From: a bacterium
Lineage (GTDB): Bacteria; Bacteroidota; Bacteroidia; Sphingobacteriales; Sphingobacteriaceae
Assembly: GCA_031412335.1 (NCBI GenBank)
Contig: JANOCT010000043.1
Coordinates: 39,720-103,719 of the forward strand
Reading direction: 5' to 3'
Length of the DNA: 64,000 bases
Made by a program: the position numbers and the translations under genes. Below are positions 1-10,019 of the stretch, one piece after another. Numbering within the stretch: the stretch's first letter is position 1; each line of letters begins with the position of its first letter. The notes under the pieces are model-generated. The model did not search any database. It had not been told where the DNA came from and was given only the letters and a program-made list of their open reading frames with translations.

Positions 1-191
1 ATATACGTATTGGGTATGCCTGGCCATTGATTTCTATATGACATTCCTAACCTTGTTTGTTCAGAACTACCAGTTAACGCTGGATTTAAATATGTAGGTT
101 GTGAGTAAAATTGAGAAAAGTGTACATCCTGTGCGTTTGCGTTTTGTAAAAAAAGGAGTACATAAATAATGAGTAAAAGTTTTATCCTCAT
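1..191 (-). CDS. PorP/SprF-family type IX secretion membrane protein, N-terminal part (gene runs off the window start)
   Basis: Not in the ORF track. The reverse complement of 1-191 reads MRIKLLLIIYVLLFLQNANA QDVHFSQFYSQPTYLNPALTGSSEQTRLGMSYRNQWPGIPNTY. That is a signal peptide followed by the QD.HFSQ[FY]..P..LNPA.TG....R....YRNQW signature of PorP/SprF proteins. It lies directly downstream of a type-B-CTD giant protein, as sprF lies after sprB. Confidence 0.75.
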   Translation of the reverse strand, partial: MRIKLLLIIYVLLFLQNANAQDVHFSQFYSQPTYLNPALTGSSEQTRLGMSYRNQWPGIPNTY

Positions 192-299
192 AGCTATCAG
201 TAAATTATTCGAAACAAATACAGCAATTTTTTCAAAAAGAATCAATTACCTGAGAGCGAGATTCAACTTGTAAGCGTATACTTCTATTGAAGGAAAAAT

Positions 300-336
300 G
301 TTACTTTATTGCAAAGAATTAGCGCAATAAAGTAAC
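300..336 (-). terminator. Perfect 13-bp hairpin at the 3' end of the giant gene, with its stop codon in the loop; possible partial terminator or attenuator before the PorP/SprF gene
   Basis: Arms gttactttattgc (300-312) and gcaataaagtaac (324-336) are exact reverse complements. The loop holds the TAA (319-321 on the minus strand). On the minus strand the stem is followed by ATTTTTCC. Confidence 0.45.
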
Positions 337-3300
337 GTCTCCTAGTTTGGCAAACTTTCTGCCATCCACAAATACTCCATCTACTTTCCATACATATACA
401 TCCTGCATACACATTTCATTTCTGTAGTATCCATCCCATCCTACTTGTTGATCGAAACTTTCGAAAATGAGTTCTCCCCAACGATTAAATACTGTTAAAT
501 GAAATTGCTCTGCTCCGATTATTACTGGATAGAAAATATCATTACTCATGTCATTCGGATTTATTAATCCACCTGAAGGCCCTGAAGGATTTGGAGTAAA
601 TGCATTTGGAACACTTACTTCACCTTTGCTTTCTGCCACTACAGCATTTTCTAAAACATAGGTATCAATACAACCAGCAGCATTAGTTACTTTTAATGTA
701 ATGGTAAATGAGCCAACTTTCTTGTAATAATGTTCCGGAGATTCTTCAAAAGAAGTATTTCCATCTCCAAAATCCCATTCGTATGTACTTCCTACATCAT
801 CAGTTGATAAGTTATAAAATACAGCAGGCTTATCTGGAAGAAATACGATAGTTGGATTTACAACAAACAATGCAGTTGGTAATTCAAATACTTCAATGCT
901 ATCCAATTGTACCTTTTCACTTTTACCACCTGGCCCTATTGCTGTTAATTTTACTGCATATTTACCAGGGCGGTAGTACACATAACTTGGATCGGATTGA
1001 GTAGAAGTTCCACCATCACCAAATTCCCAGAAAAACTCAGTAGCATAAGTAGATGTATTCGAGAATTGAACAATAACTGGCTTACAACCCGATGCTTCGC
1101 CTTTAAAATTTGCAACCGGCAATGCAGGATTTATTCGTAAAGTTTGTTTTGTAGTATCAGCACAGTATTGGCTCTTCTGAATTAATACAATTTCAAAATC
1201 TCCATAGGTAAGATATGTATGAGTTCCAGGATCTTTTAAAGTTGAAAAAGTTCCATCGCCCCATGACCATTTATAAGTCCAATTCCCTGCTTTACTTTTA
1301 TTTGTAACTATTGCTGTCGTGTTTGGCTGCATTAGTTCATCACCATCAATTTTAAATGCAGCTTTTGGAGAAGGAGCCACAACTATACTCTTAAATGTAG
1401 TGTCAATACACCCAAAAGGAGAAATAGCAATCATTCGAACATTAAATATTGTATCAGCAATTCCATTATTATAAAAAGTATGAACTGGATTAGCGACCAC
1501 ATCATTTTTCCCATCTCCAAAATTCCACTGGTAACCTGTAGCTCCTATACTTGAATTTACAAAAGATGCTGTTACTGGCGAGCAGTCATTTTTATTAAAA
1601 GAATAAGCTGCTTTCAACACTGGCAAAACAGTTATAGACTTGGAAGATGTATCAGAACATCCTTGTAAATTATCAACTCTTACTGTTATTTTATAATTAA
1701 TAGGAACTAAAGAGCTATGGCTATAACTATGTGTAATAATCGAATCTGTTGATTGAATTGAATTTCCATCTCCAAAATCCCAAGTTTGATTTGTTGCGCC
1801 TATTGTTTTATTTCTGATGGTAACAATATATGGTTGGCAACCAGAATTACCAGATAATAAAAAGTCGATTTTTGGCGATGGATGAACTGTAATTGCTTTA
1901 TAAGCAGTATCATAACAACCATAAACAGAACTAGAAATTAATCGTACATTAAAGGTTGTATCACTGTCACTATTGTTTATAAAAGTATGCTTAGTGTTTT
2001 TCAATACATCCGTAAAGCCATCTCCGAAATCCCATAAATAATTTGCCGTACCTTCTGATAAGTTGTTAAGATCAACTTTATAAGGTGAACAACCAATGCT
2101 ATCGCTAGTAAACCTAGCAGAAAGTTTAGGATTTACCTTAACTAATCTGTTCATCGTATCAGTACACCCGTTTATATTGGTTATGAGCAGTTTAACATTA
2201 TATTGGATTGGACTAACTGAGTTATGCTCATAAGTATGTCGGATAATTTTTGCTGTATCGTTTACTATTACTCCATCTCCAAAATCCCATCTTGATTGAT
2301 TAGCACCAACTGAAGTGTTGGTAAATTCTGCATTAAAAGGTTGGCAACCTGATAACTCTGCTGCAATAAATTCAGCATCAGGTTTAGGGAAAATAGTTAC
2401 GTTTTTTGAAATTGTATCCTGACAACCAGATAGAGAAGTTACAATTAATTTAACTTCATAAACAATAGTAGCTTGTGTAAAGTTGGTAAATGTATGAGTA
2501 GGATTAGTGGTAACTTCAATAAAACCATCTCCAAAATCCCATTGACTATTAATGTACCCTGTTGATTCATTGGTAAAACCAATTGTTATTGGTGCGCATC
2601 CTGAATCTGTTCCAATAAATTTGGCTTCAATTTTTGGAAAAACTGTTATAGCTTGCTTTATCGTATCAGTACATCCATTCAATGATATGGTTATAAGTTT
2701 AACCTGAAATATTTGAGGCACTGGAGAATTATGAACAAATGTATGATCGAATGTTGAAGCAGAAGATGTAGAAGTACTTCCATCACCAAAATCCCACAAA
2801 TAGCTAATCGCATTTTGAGTTGTATTGGTAAAATTAACTAGCAAAGGTTGACATCCAGTTTGTAAATCTGTTGAAAATGCAGGTTTCGTTTCTGGGTAAA
2901 CCGTAATAATTTTCTGCATGGTATCACTACATCCAGATGCGGCTGTACTGATTAAAATGACATTAAATGTTTGGGTTACTAATGAATTATTTACAAAAGT
3001 ATGTACAGGATTGGTACTTGAATTTACATTTCCATCTCCAAAATCCCATAAATAACTGTTTGCGCCAGTTGAGTTGTTGGTAAATACAACTTTAAGAGGC
3101 GAACAACCATCGTTAATACTACTAAATACAGCATTTATTTTAGGCTGAACAAGTATTTGCTGTGTGCTTGTATCGGCACAACCGTTGGTTGTATTTGTTA
3201 TTAATGTAACGGTGTAGTTTACAGGCGTTGGAAAATTATGGGTGTAAATATGGTTTATTGTACTAGCTGTAGAAGTTAATGTGGTTCCATCTCCAAAATT

Positions 3301-6300
3301 CCAATAGCTTGTACTAGCTCCAACAGAATTATTTGAAAAAGTAACATCCAAAGGCTGACAACCACTTGTTTTATCTGCACTGAAAATTGATTGAGATGCT
3401 GGATAAACAGTTATCTGACTAGTGATAGTATCTTTACAGCCAGAACTTGCTGTAGCAATTAAGGTTACAGTAAATACCTGAGTTGCCTGGGTTAGATTTA
3501 TAAAAGTATGAGAAGGATTAGCATTCGCATCTGTGGTAGCATCTCCAAAATCCCATAAATAACTTACTGCACCTATTGAAGAATTAGTAAACTTTACTTT
3601 AAGCGGAGCACATCCATTTGTGATGCTTGTGAAGCCTGCAATAATTTTTGGTTGAACAACAATATTTTGAGTAGCAGTGTCAGCACAGCCATTGGATGAA
3701 ATTGTAATTAAACTAACCAAATAAGTAGTTGCTGTGGCTTGATTATTTACAAATGTATGCGACAAAGTGGAAGCGGAAGATGATGAAGTAGCTCCATCTC
3801 CAAAATTCCAAAAATAGGAAGATGCTCCAACCGAATTATTGGTAAATTGAACATTTAATGGCTCGCAACCACCTGTTTTATCAACTGTAAATGATGCAAA
3901 AGATGCAGGATATACCGTAATAACTTTTGTTGAAGTATCCTTACATCCCGATATTGCTGTTGAAATTAAAGTGACGGTATAGTTTTGAGTTACTAAAGTT
4001 GAATTCGTAAATGTATGTAGTGGATTAGCACTAACATCAGTAGTTGCATCACCAAAATCCCATAAATAACTTATCGCTCCAGTTGAAGAATTGGTAAATT
4101 TGACTTTCAACGGAGAACACCCATTATTTATACTTGTAAAGCCTGAAACAACTTTAGGCTGAACTAAAATTTGCTGTGTTGCTGTATCTGAACACCCTCT
4201 GGATGATATGGTAATTAAAGTAACGGTAAATGTTACTGGAATTGTTTGTGTATTAATAAATGTGTGCGATAAATAGGTTGAAGCCGAAGCAGAGGTAGAT
4301 CCATCTCCAAAATTCCATAAATAAGAAGACGCACCAGTTGAAGTATTTGTAAAATTAACTTTTACAGGGGTACAACCACTTGTATTATCAACAGTAAAAG
4401 CAGCAACAGATGCAGGATATACAGTTATTACTTTTGTAGCAGTATCCTTACAACCTGATATTGCAGTAGAAATTAAGGTAACAGTATATACCTGATTAAT
4501 TAAGGTAAGATTATTATAAGTGTGGGTAGGGTTTTGAGAAACAGAAATATTTCCATCTCCAAAATCCCATAAATAACTGTTTGCACCTGTTGAGTTGTTG
4601 GCAAATGCAACTTTAAGCGGCGAACAACCATTATTGATAGATGTAAATGCAGCATTTATTTTAGGCTGAACAAGTATTTGTTGGGTGCTTGTATCGGCAC
4701 AGCCATTGGTTGTATTTGTTATTAATGTAACAGTGTAGTTTATCGGGGTTGGAAAATTATGCGTGTAAATATGGTTTATGCTACTAGCTGTAGAACTTAA
4801 TGTGGTTCCATCTCCAAAATTCCAATAGCTTGTGCCAGCTCCAACAGAATTATTCGAAAAAGTAACATCTAAAGGCTGACAACCACTTATTTTATCTGCA
4901 CTGAAAATTGATTGAGATGCAGGATAAACAGTTATCTGACTGGTGATAGTATCTTTACAGCCAGAACTTGCTGTAGCAATTAAGGTTACCGTAAATACCT
5001 GAGTTGCCTGAGTTAGATTTATAAAAGTATGTGTAGGATTAGCATTCGCATCCGTGGAAGCATCACCAAAATCCCATAAATAACTTACTGCGCCTGTTGA
5101 AGAATTAGTAAACTTTACTTTTAGCGGAGCACATCCATTTGTAATACTTGAGAAGCCAGCAATAATTTTTGGTTGAACAACAATATTTTGAGTAGCAGTG
5201 TCAGCACAGCCATTGGATGAAATTGTAATTAAACTAACTAAATAAGTAGTTGCTGTAGCTTGATTGTTTACAAAAGTATGCGACAACGTAGAAGAAGCAG
5301 ATACTGAAGTAGTCCCATTGCCAAAATTCCATAAATAAGAAGACGCGCCAGTTGAAGTATTTGTAAAATTAACTTTTAATGGAGTACAACCACTTGTATT
5401 ATCAACAGTAAAAGCAGCAACAGATGCAGGATATACAGTTATTACTTTTGTTGCAGTGTCTTTACACCCTGATATTGCAGTAGAAATTAAGGTAACAGTA
5501 TATACCTGATTGCTTGAGGTAATATTATTATAAGTATGGGTTGGGTTTTGAGAAACAGAAACATTTCCATCTCCAAAATTCCATAAATAACTATTAGCAC
5601 CTGTCGAATTATTGGTAAAAGTTACTTTTAGTGGCGAACAACCATTATTAATAGAAGTAAATGCAGATGTTACAATTGGTTGAACCAAAACAGTTTGAGT
5701 AGTTGTATCTGCACACCCAGTGCTATTATTGGTTATTAATCGTATGGTATAATTTATACTCGAAGTCGAAGTATGAGTATAGGTATGAGCAATAGTGCTC
5801 GCAGATGATGTAGATGTAGTTCCATCTCCAAAATCCCAAGAAAATATGGTTGCATTGCTCGAAGTATTGTTAATAAGAATTGATAAAGGTTGACATCCTC
5901 CAAGTTTATCAACGGTAAAAGCTGCCAAAGAAGAAGGATTAACAGTAATTAAAGTAGTTGCAGTATCAGAGCATCCAGAAATTGCTGTGGCAATCATCGA
6001 AACTGTATAAGTTATTGGGGTTGAACCTGAATTAACATAAACATGTGTTGGATTGGCAGATGCATCAACTCCTCCATCTCCAAAATCCCAGAAGTAACTT
6101 AATGCACCAACAGATTTGTTGATGAAATTAACATTAAGCGGAGTACAACCTGTTTGATTGCTGGAAAACAATGCAGTGATTTTAGGTTGAACAAGAATAA
6201 CTTGTTGGCTAGTATCCGCACATCCATTTATCGTATTCGTTATTAATGTTACTGTATAGGATGTAGCAGTTGGAGAATTATGAGAATAAGTATGCTTAAT

Positions 6301-9300
6301 TGTTGATGCAGATGAAGTTGAAGTAGTCCCATCTCCAAAGTTCCATAAAATGGTATTTGCATTAACAGAATTATTGGTAAAGGTAACTTCCAGAGGCTGA
6401 CAGCCATTTTGTACATCCGAAGTAAATATTGATTGCGATGAAGGAAAAACAGTAATTGCAGTAAAAACAGAATCCTGACAACCGTTTGACGAAGTTGAAA
6501 TTAACAATACATTATATATAATGGTAGAACTGGTTAGGTTTACAAAATTATGTGTTGGGTTAATACCAGCGTCAACAAAACCATCTCCAAAATCCCAAAA
6601 ATAGGTAGAAGCTCCGGAACTTTGATTCTTAAATTTAACTCTTAAAGGACTACAGCCAATGGTATTGCTGGTAAAAGCAGCTGATATTTTCGGGAAAACA
6701 GTTACTGCTTTGGTTGTTGTTTTAACACATCCAAAAGGACTGGTAGCCGTTAATCGAATAGTGTAAGTAATTGGAGAAGTTGAATTATGTGAATAAGTAT
6801 GGGTAAATAATGCATTAGTTGTGGTACTCGTATTTCCATCTCCAAAATCCCATAAGTAACTTGTAGCTCCAGTAGTGGTGTTAGTAATGGTAACTTCAAA
6901 TGGCTGGCAACCTGAAACTTTATCCACATCAAAACCCACCGCCGGATTCGGATGAACAGTGATCAATCGAATAGCTGTATCTTGACAACCACTTGAATTA
7001 GTTGTAATTAAGGTTACGCTATATATACTATCAACAGTTCCATTGTTTATAAAAGTATGGCTTGGGTTAGCTGCTGCGCTGATAAAACCATCACCAAAAT
7101 TCCAGAAACTTGAACTTCCGGTGGTTGATTGATTGATAAAACTAATTGGTAAAGGCGAACATCCAACACTATCGCTTGTAAACTTGGCCTTAACAACCGG
7201 AAATACTTTTATAATTTTCGTAGTACTATCCTTACATCCACCATTGGATGTTACAACCAACTTTACGGTATAATTTACAGCAACATTAATGGTATGAGTG
7301 TACACATGATTTAAAATGGAAGCTGTTGAAGTTGAGGTTGTTCCATCTCCAAAATCCCAAAACACAGAAGTTGCAGCAATAGAATTATTCTGAAATTGAA
7401 CATCAAGGGGCTGACAGCCAGCAGTTTTATTTATTGAAAAATTAGCTGTGGGATTTGGATAAACAGTTACAGTAGTGTAAGCAGTGTCTTTACATCCAAA
7501 AGCATTGGTCGCAATAAGGCGAATTGTATAAATTTTATCATTAGTAGTATTATTTAGAAAACTATGTGTAGGTGTAGGGCTAGTCGAAGTTACTCCATCT
7601 CCAAAATCCCAGTCATAAATTACTGCTCCAATTATAGAAGGAAAAACAATTTTTAAAGGACTACAACCCGAATCTGGAACTAAGGCAAAACCAAAATTTG
7701 GCTCTGGAAAAACTCCAACTTGTTTAGTTATTGTGTCTTTACACCCATTGGCTGAAGTTCCAATTAACACCACATTAAAATTGATCATGAATAAGGTGTT
7801 GTTGGTATATTGATGAGTAGGATTAGTTACCGTGCTAGTTGTACCATCCCCAAAATCCCACATATAGCTAACAGCAGAAGTACTTAAATTAGTAAAACTC
7901 ACAATTAATGGCGCACATGCAGGAGCACCATTAAAGCTAAAATCTAAATTAGGAGCTGGATAAACTTCAATTGTATCTCTAAAATTGGTGGAACAGCCAA
8001 AAGCGTTGCTTGCTGTCATGTTCACCACAAAATATACAATACTACTGGTTGTATTTACAAAAGTATGAGTTGGATTGGTTTGTGTGCTGGTATTTCCATC
8101 ACCAAAATTCCATAAATAAGTTGCACCAAATAAGGAAGTATTGGTAAATCTAACTTGAAGTGGTGTACATCCAGTAACAGGAGTTGCAGTAAAAGAAGCT
8201 ATTGGCTTTTGTTGAACTGTAATACTTTTTACAATTGTCTTTGTACAATTTGCTGTGTTTACTTTTAAGGTAACAAGATAAGTACCTGCTAGTAAATAAG
8301 TATGGGTAGGATTCGTTGCTGTACTAGTACCTCCATCACCGAAATTCCATGCGTTTGATGTAATTGGTTGCCCTGAAACTGTAGTAGAGGTATTTACAAA
8401 TGTAGCTAGCGAACCAACGCAAACATTTAATGCTGTAAAGTTTGCTACCGGAGTTTTATAAACTCTAACCGTTTTTGAATTTGAATGAGTACAGCCTTGA
8501 GCATTAGTTACCACTACCTTAACAATATAAGTACCTGATGCTGTATACAGCATTGGAGGAGGATTCTGTAAAGTTGATGTCTGTCCGTTTCCAAATGTCC
8601 AGAAATAGGAAACAATATTCGCCCCAGATGAACTATTATTAAAAGCTACTAATACTGTATCGCAACCACTTGAATTATTTATGGTAAATAAAGCATTGGG
8701 TTTAGCCAATACAACAATGTTTTTCTGAACAGTGTCTCTACATGATGAGGTTCCTCCCGCTACATTAATAGCAAATTTTACGATGTAATTTCCGGGGGTT
8801 GCATACGTATAATTTTGAGAGCCACTACCGGTGCTAATCCAACCACCTCCTGCGCCAAAATTCCAACTATACTGATTAGCTCCACCTGTACTTAAATTAT
8901 TAAATGTAGCTACACTTCCAGCGCATACTGTATCTGGTCCAGACATAGCTGCAATTGGTGGCGCAACAATATTTACAGTAATATAAGCAGTATCTCTACC
9001 ACATAAATTACTGTCAATCATCATTACATTATACGTTCCAATTCCTGGATAAGCTATTGTATAGCCAATTCTAATTGGTGGATCAAAAGGTAACCAATTA
9101 ATTATTGAATCAGTTCCTTTTCCCCAATAATTACCAAAATTCCAGTATTCATATCGTTGATTGGTGTTTCCTTGTGGTACACAATTTTTAATCGTTTGGT
9201 TTTTAAAGCGTACTGTAGTATCCGGGTAACAAAGGAAGGTTCTATCTGCTGCGACTACTGCTGTATCAACATCCCAAATTTGTATAGGATAAAAAGTTGC

Positions 9301-9927
9301 TAAAGTTGGATTTCCAAAACTGCAATAATTTTCAGCAGATAATATTACACTTGTTTCGCAACTAACCGTATTTTTAAGATAAGTGTGGTTTACAATTTGC
9401 CCAGCATTGGTCCAATCATAATATTCTAATGGCGATCCATCACCAAAATTCCAGATAAATCGGGTAGTTTTAGAAACGTTGGTACTTGAGTTAATAAATT
9501 GCAAGGTTGCTGGAGCACAAGTAGCTGTTACCCCTCCAACTGGAATTTGAATGGATGCATTTACATTTTTTTCCATTACAACTTTACCGATGATCGTGCA
9601 TCCGCTCGCAGTTATTATTGTCACATTGAATGTGTCAATTGTAGATGGATAGGAATGGGAAACAAAAGCAGGAGGAATTAGACCAGGGTAAGAAGCAACT
9701 GGCGATCCATCTCCAAAATTTACAGTAAATGGACCAATGGTTACATTAGACTGTAAAATTAAGTTATAGCTTGTACCTGAACAACTTACCCACAAAGGAT
9801 TTGAAGATAATGCAAGAGTCCCATCGAAAAATCTGGGACATTGAGCTGAAGCAAAACCAGCACTAAAGAGTAGCGAAAAGAGAAATAAGGTAAAAACGTT
9901 AAACCTTTTACGTGTAGAATTGAACAT
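319..9927 (-). CDS. Giant secreted cell-surface protein: about 36 PKD-like repeats plus a T9SS type-B (gliding-motility-associated) C-terminal sorting domain
   Basis: 3202-aa ORF with an N-terminal signal peptide (FSLLFSAGFASAQ). I counted about 36 W.FGDG-type repeat motifs with GC..(L/P) and GC.DT pairs about 85 aa apart. The C-terminus VPNAFTPN...FNRWGELIFES...WDGYY...GDVTLLR matches the type-B CTD. Confidence 0.9.
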   Translation of the reverse strand: MFNSTRKRFNVFTLFLFSLLFSAGFASAQCPRFFDGTLALSSNPLWVSCSGTSYNLILQSNVTIGPFTVNFGDGSPVASYPGLIPPAFVSHSYPSTIDTFNVTIITASGCTIIGKVVMEKNVNASIQIPVGGVTATCAPATLQFINSSTNVSKTTRFIWNFGDGSPLEYYDWTNAGQIVNHTYLKNTVSCETSVILSAENYCSFGNPTLATFYPIQIWDVDTAVVAADRTFLCYPDTTVRFKNQTIKNCVPQGNTNQRYEYWNFGNYWGKGTDSIINWLPFDPPIRIGYTIAYPGIGTYNVMMIDSNLCGRDTAYITVNIVAPPIAAMSGPDTVCAGSVATFNNLSTGGANQYSWNFGAGGGWISTGSGSQNYTYATPGNYIVKFAINVAGGTSSCRDTVQKNIVVLAKPNALFTINNSSGCDTVLVAFNNSSSGANIVSYFWTFGNGQTSTLQNPPPMLYTASGTYIVKVVVTNAQGCTHSNSKTVRVYKTPVANFTALNVCVGSLATFVNTSTTVSGQPITSNAWNFGDGGTSTATNPTHTYLLAGTYLVTLKVNTANCTKTIVKSITVQQKPIASFTATPVTGCTPLQVRFTNTSLFGATYLWNFGDGNTSTQTNPTHTFVNTTSSIVYFVVNMTASNAFGCSTNFRDTIEVYPAPNLDFSFNGAPACAPLIVSFTNLSTSAVSYMWDFGDGTTSTVTNPTHQYTNNTLFMINFNVVLIGTSANGCKDTITKQVGVFPEPNFGFALVPDSGCSPLKIVFPSIIGAVIYDWDFGDGVTSTSPTPTHSFLNNTTNDKIYTIRLIATNAFGCKDTAYTTVTVYPNPTANFSINKTAGCQPLDVQFQNNSIAATSVFWDFGDGTTSTSTASILNHVYTHTINVAVNYTVKLVVTSNGGCKDSTTKIIKVFPVVKAKFTSDSVGCSPLPISFINQSTTGSSSFWNFGDGFISAAANPSHTFINNGTVDSIYSVTLITTNSSGCQDTAIRLITVHPNPAVGFDVDKVSGCQPFEVTITNTTTGATSYLWDFGDGNTSTTTNALFTHTYSHNSTSPITYTIRLTATSPFGCVKTTTKAVTVFPKISAAFTSNTIGCSPLRVKFKNQSSGASTYFWDFGDGFVDAGINPTHNFVNLTSSTIIYNVLLISTSSNGCQDSVFTAITVFPSSQSIFTSDVQNGCQPLEVTFTNNSVNANTILWNFGDGTTSTSSASTIKHTYSHNSPTATSYTVTLITNTINGCADTSQQVILVQPKITALFSSNQTGCTPLNVNFINKSVGALSYFWDFGDGGVDASANPTHVYVNSGSTPITYTVSMIATAISGCSDTATTLITVNPSSLAAFTVDKLGGCQPLSILINNTSSNATIFSWDFGDGTTSTSSASTIAHTYTHTSTSSINYTIRLITNNSTGCADTTTQTVLVQPIVTSAFTSINNGCSPLKVTFTNNSTGANSYLWNFGDGNVSVSQNPTHTYNNITSSNQVYTVTLISTAISGCKDTATKVITVYPASVAAFTVDNTSGCTPLKVNFTNTSTGASSYLWNFGNGTTSVSASSTLSHTFVNNQATATTYLVSLITISSNGCADTATQNIVVQPKIIAGFSSITNGCAPLKVKFTNSSTGAVSYLWDFGDASTDANANPTHTFINLTQATQVFTVTLIATASSGCKDTITSQITVYPASQSIFSADKISGCQPLDVTFSNNSVGAGTSYWNFGDGTTLSSTASSINHIYTHNFPTPINYTVTLITNTTNGCADTSTQQILVQPKINAAFTSINNGCSPLKVAFANNSTGANSYLWDFGDGNISVSQNPTHTYNNLTLINQVYTVTLISTAISGCKDTATKVITVYPASVAAFTVDNTSGCTPVKVNFTNTSTGASSYLWNFGDGSTSASASTYLSHTFINTQTIPVTFTVTLITISSRGCSDTATQQILVQPKVVSGFTSINNGCSPLKVKFTNSSTGAISYLWDFGDATTDVSANPLHTFTNSTLVTQNYTVTLISTAISGCKDTSTKVITVYPASFASFTVDKTGGCEPLNVQFTNNSVGASSYFWNFGDGATSSSSASTLSHTFVNNQATATTYLVSLITISSNGCADTATQNIVVQPKIIAGFTSITNGCAPLKVKFTNSSIGAVSYLWDFGDATTDANANPSHTFINLTQATQVFTVTLIATASSGCKDTITSQITVYPASQSIFSADKTSGCQPLDVTFSNNSVGASTSYWNFGDGTTLTSTASTINHIYTHNFPTPVNYTVTLITNTTNGCADTSTQQILVQPKINAVFSSINDGCSPLKVVFTNNSTGANSYLWDFGDGNVNSSTNPVHTFVNNSLVTQTFNVILISTAASGCSDTMQKIITVYPETKPAFSTDLQTGCQPLLVNFTNTTQNAISYLWDFGDGSTSTSSASTFDHTFVHNSPVPQIFQVKLITISLNGCTDTIKQAITVFPKIEAKFIGTDSGCAPITIGFTNESTGYINSQWDFGDGFIEVTTNPTHTFTNFTQATIVYEVKLIVTSLSGCQDTISKNVTIFPKPDAEFIAAELSGCQPFNAEFTNTSVGANQSRWDFGDGVIVNDTAKIIRHTYEHNSVSPIQYNVKLLITNINGCTDTMNRLVKVNPKLSARFTSDSIGCSPYKVDLNNLSEGTANYLWDFGDGFTDVLKNTKHTFINNSDSDTTFNVRLISSSVYGCYDTAYKAITVHPSPKIDFLLSGNSGCQPYIVTIRNKTIGATNQTWDFGDGNSIQSTDSIITHSYSHSSLVPINYKITVRVDNLQGCSDTSSKSITVLPVLKAAYSFNKNDCSPVTASFVNSSIGATGYQWNFGDGKNDVVANPVHTFYNNGIADTIFNVRMIAISPFGCIDTTFKSIVVAPSPKAAFKIDGDELMQPNTTAIVTNKSKAGNWTYKWSWGDGTFSTLKDPGTHTYLTYGDFEIVLIQKSQYCADTTKQTLRINPALPVANFKGEASGCKPVIVQFSNTSTYATEFFWEFGDGGTSTQSDPSYVYYRPGKYAVKLTAIGPGGKSEKVQLDSIEVFELPTALFVVNPTIVFLPDKPAVFYNLSTDDVGSTYEWDFGDGNTSFEESPEHYYKKVGSFTITLKVTNAAGCIDTYVLENAVVAESKGEVSVPNAFTPNPSGPSGGLINPNDMSNDIFYPVIIGAEQFHLTVFNRWGELIFESFDQQVGWDGYYRNEMCMQDVYVWKVDGVFVDGRKFAKLGDVTLLR
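3030..5615. repeat. Near-identical in-frame intragenic DNA duplications inside the giant gene
   Basis: Block about 3031-3765 recurs at about 4552-5286. The offset is exactly 1521 nt (507 codons), measured at two anchors: tccatctcca 3031 vs 4552, and cagcacagcc 3681 vs 5202. Block about 4307-4585 recurs at about 5321-5599, offset 1014 nt (338 codons). Confidence 0.85.
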
Positions 9928-10019
9928 AGGCCACTGTATTATTAGTCGCCCTTTGTACGGTTGATGTTTTAAAAAGTTATAGTAGATTGTTAATAACTAT
10001 TTTTCTAAGAATCAGCCTA

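Noticed and set aside
169-273. 34-aa plus-strand ORF (MSKSFILIAISKLFETNTAIFSKRINYLRARFNL) preceded by AAGGAG
   Set aside because: It is antisense to the signal-peptide region and upstream leader of the well-supported PorP/SprF gene. Bacteroidota generally do not rely on Shine-Dalgarno sites. There are no other supporting features.
6750-6932. Short ORFs nested in or antisense to long genes. Examples: 6750-6932, 9499-9681, 10222-10623, 11820-12077, 13998-14243, 15573-16335, 25189-25715, 29906-30683, 34441-35305, 39622-40336, 43140-43394, 55344-55845, 62379-62606
   Set aside because: All lie inside strongly supported CDSs in other frames or on the other strand. They have odd composition (Cys/Phe/Leu/Ser-rich) and no family features. 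Such ORFs are expected by chance in AT-rich DNA.
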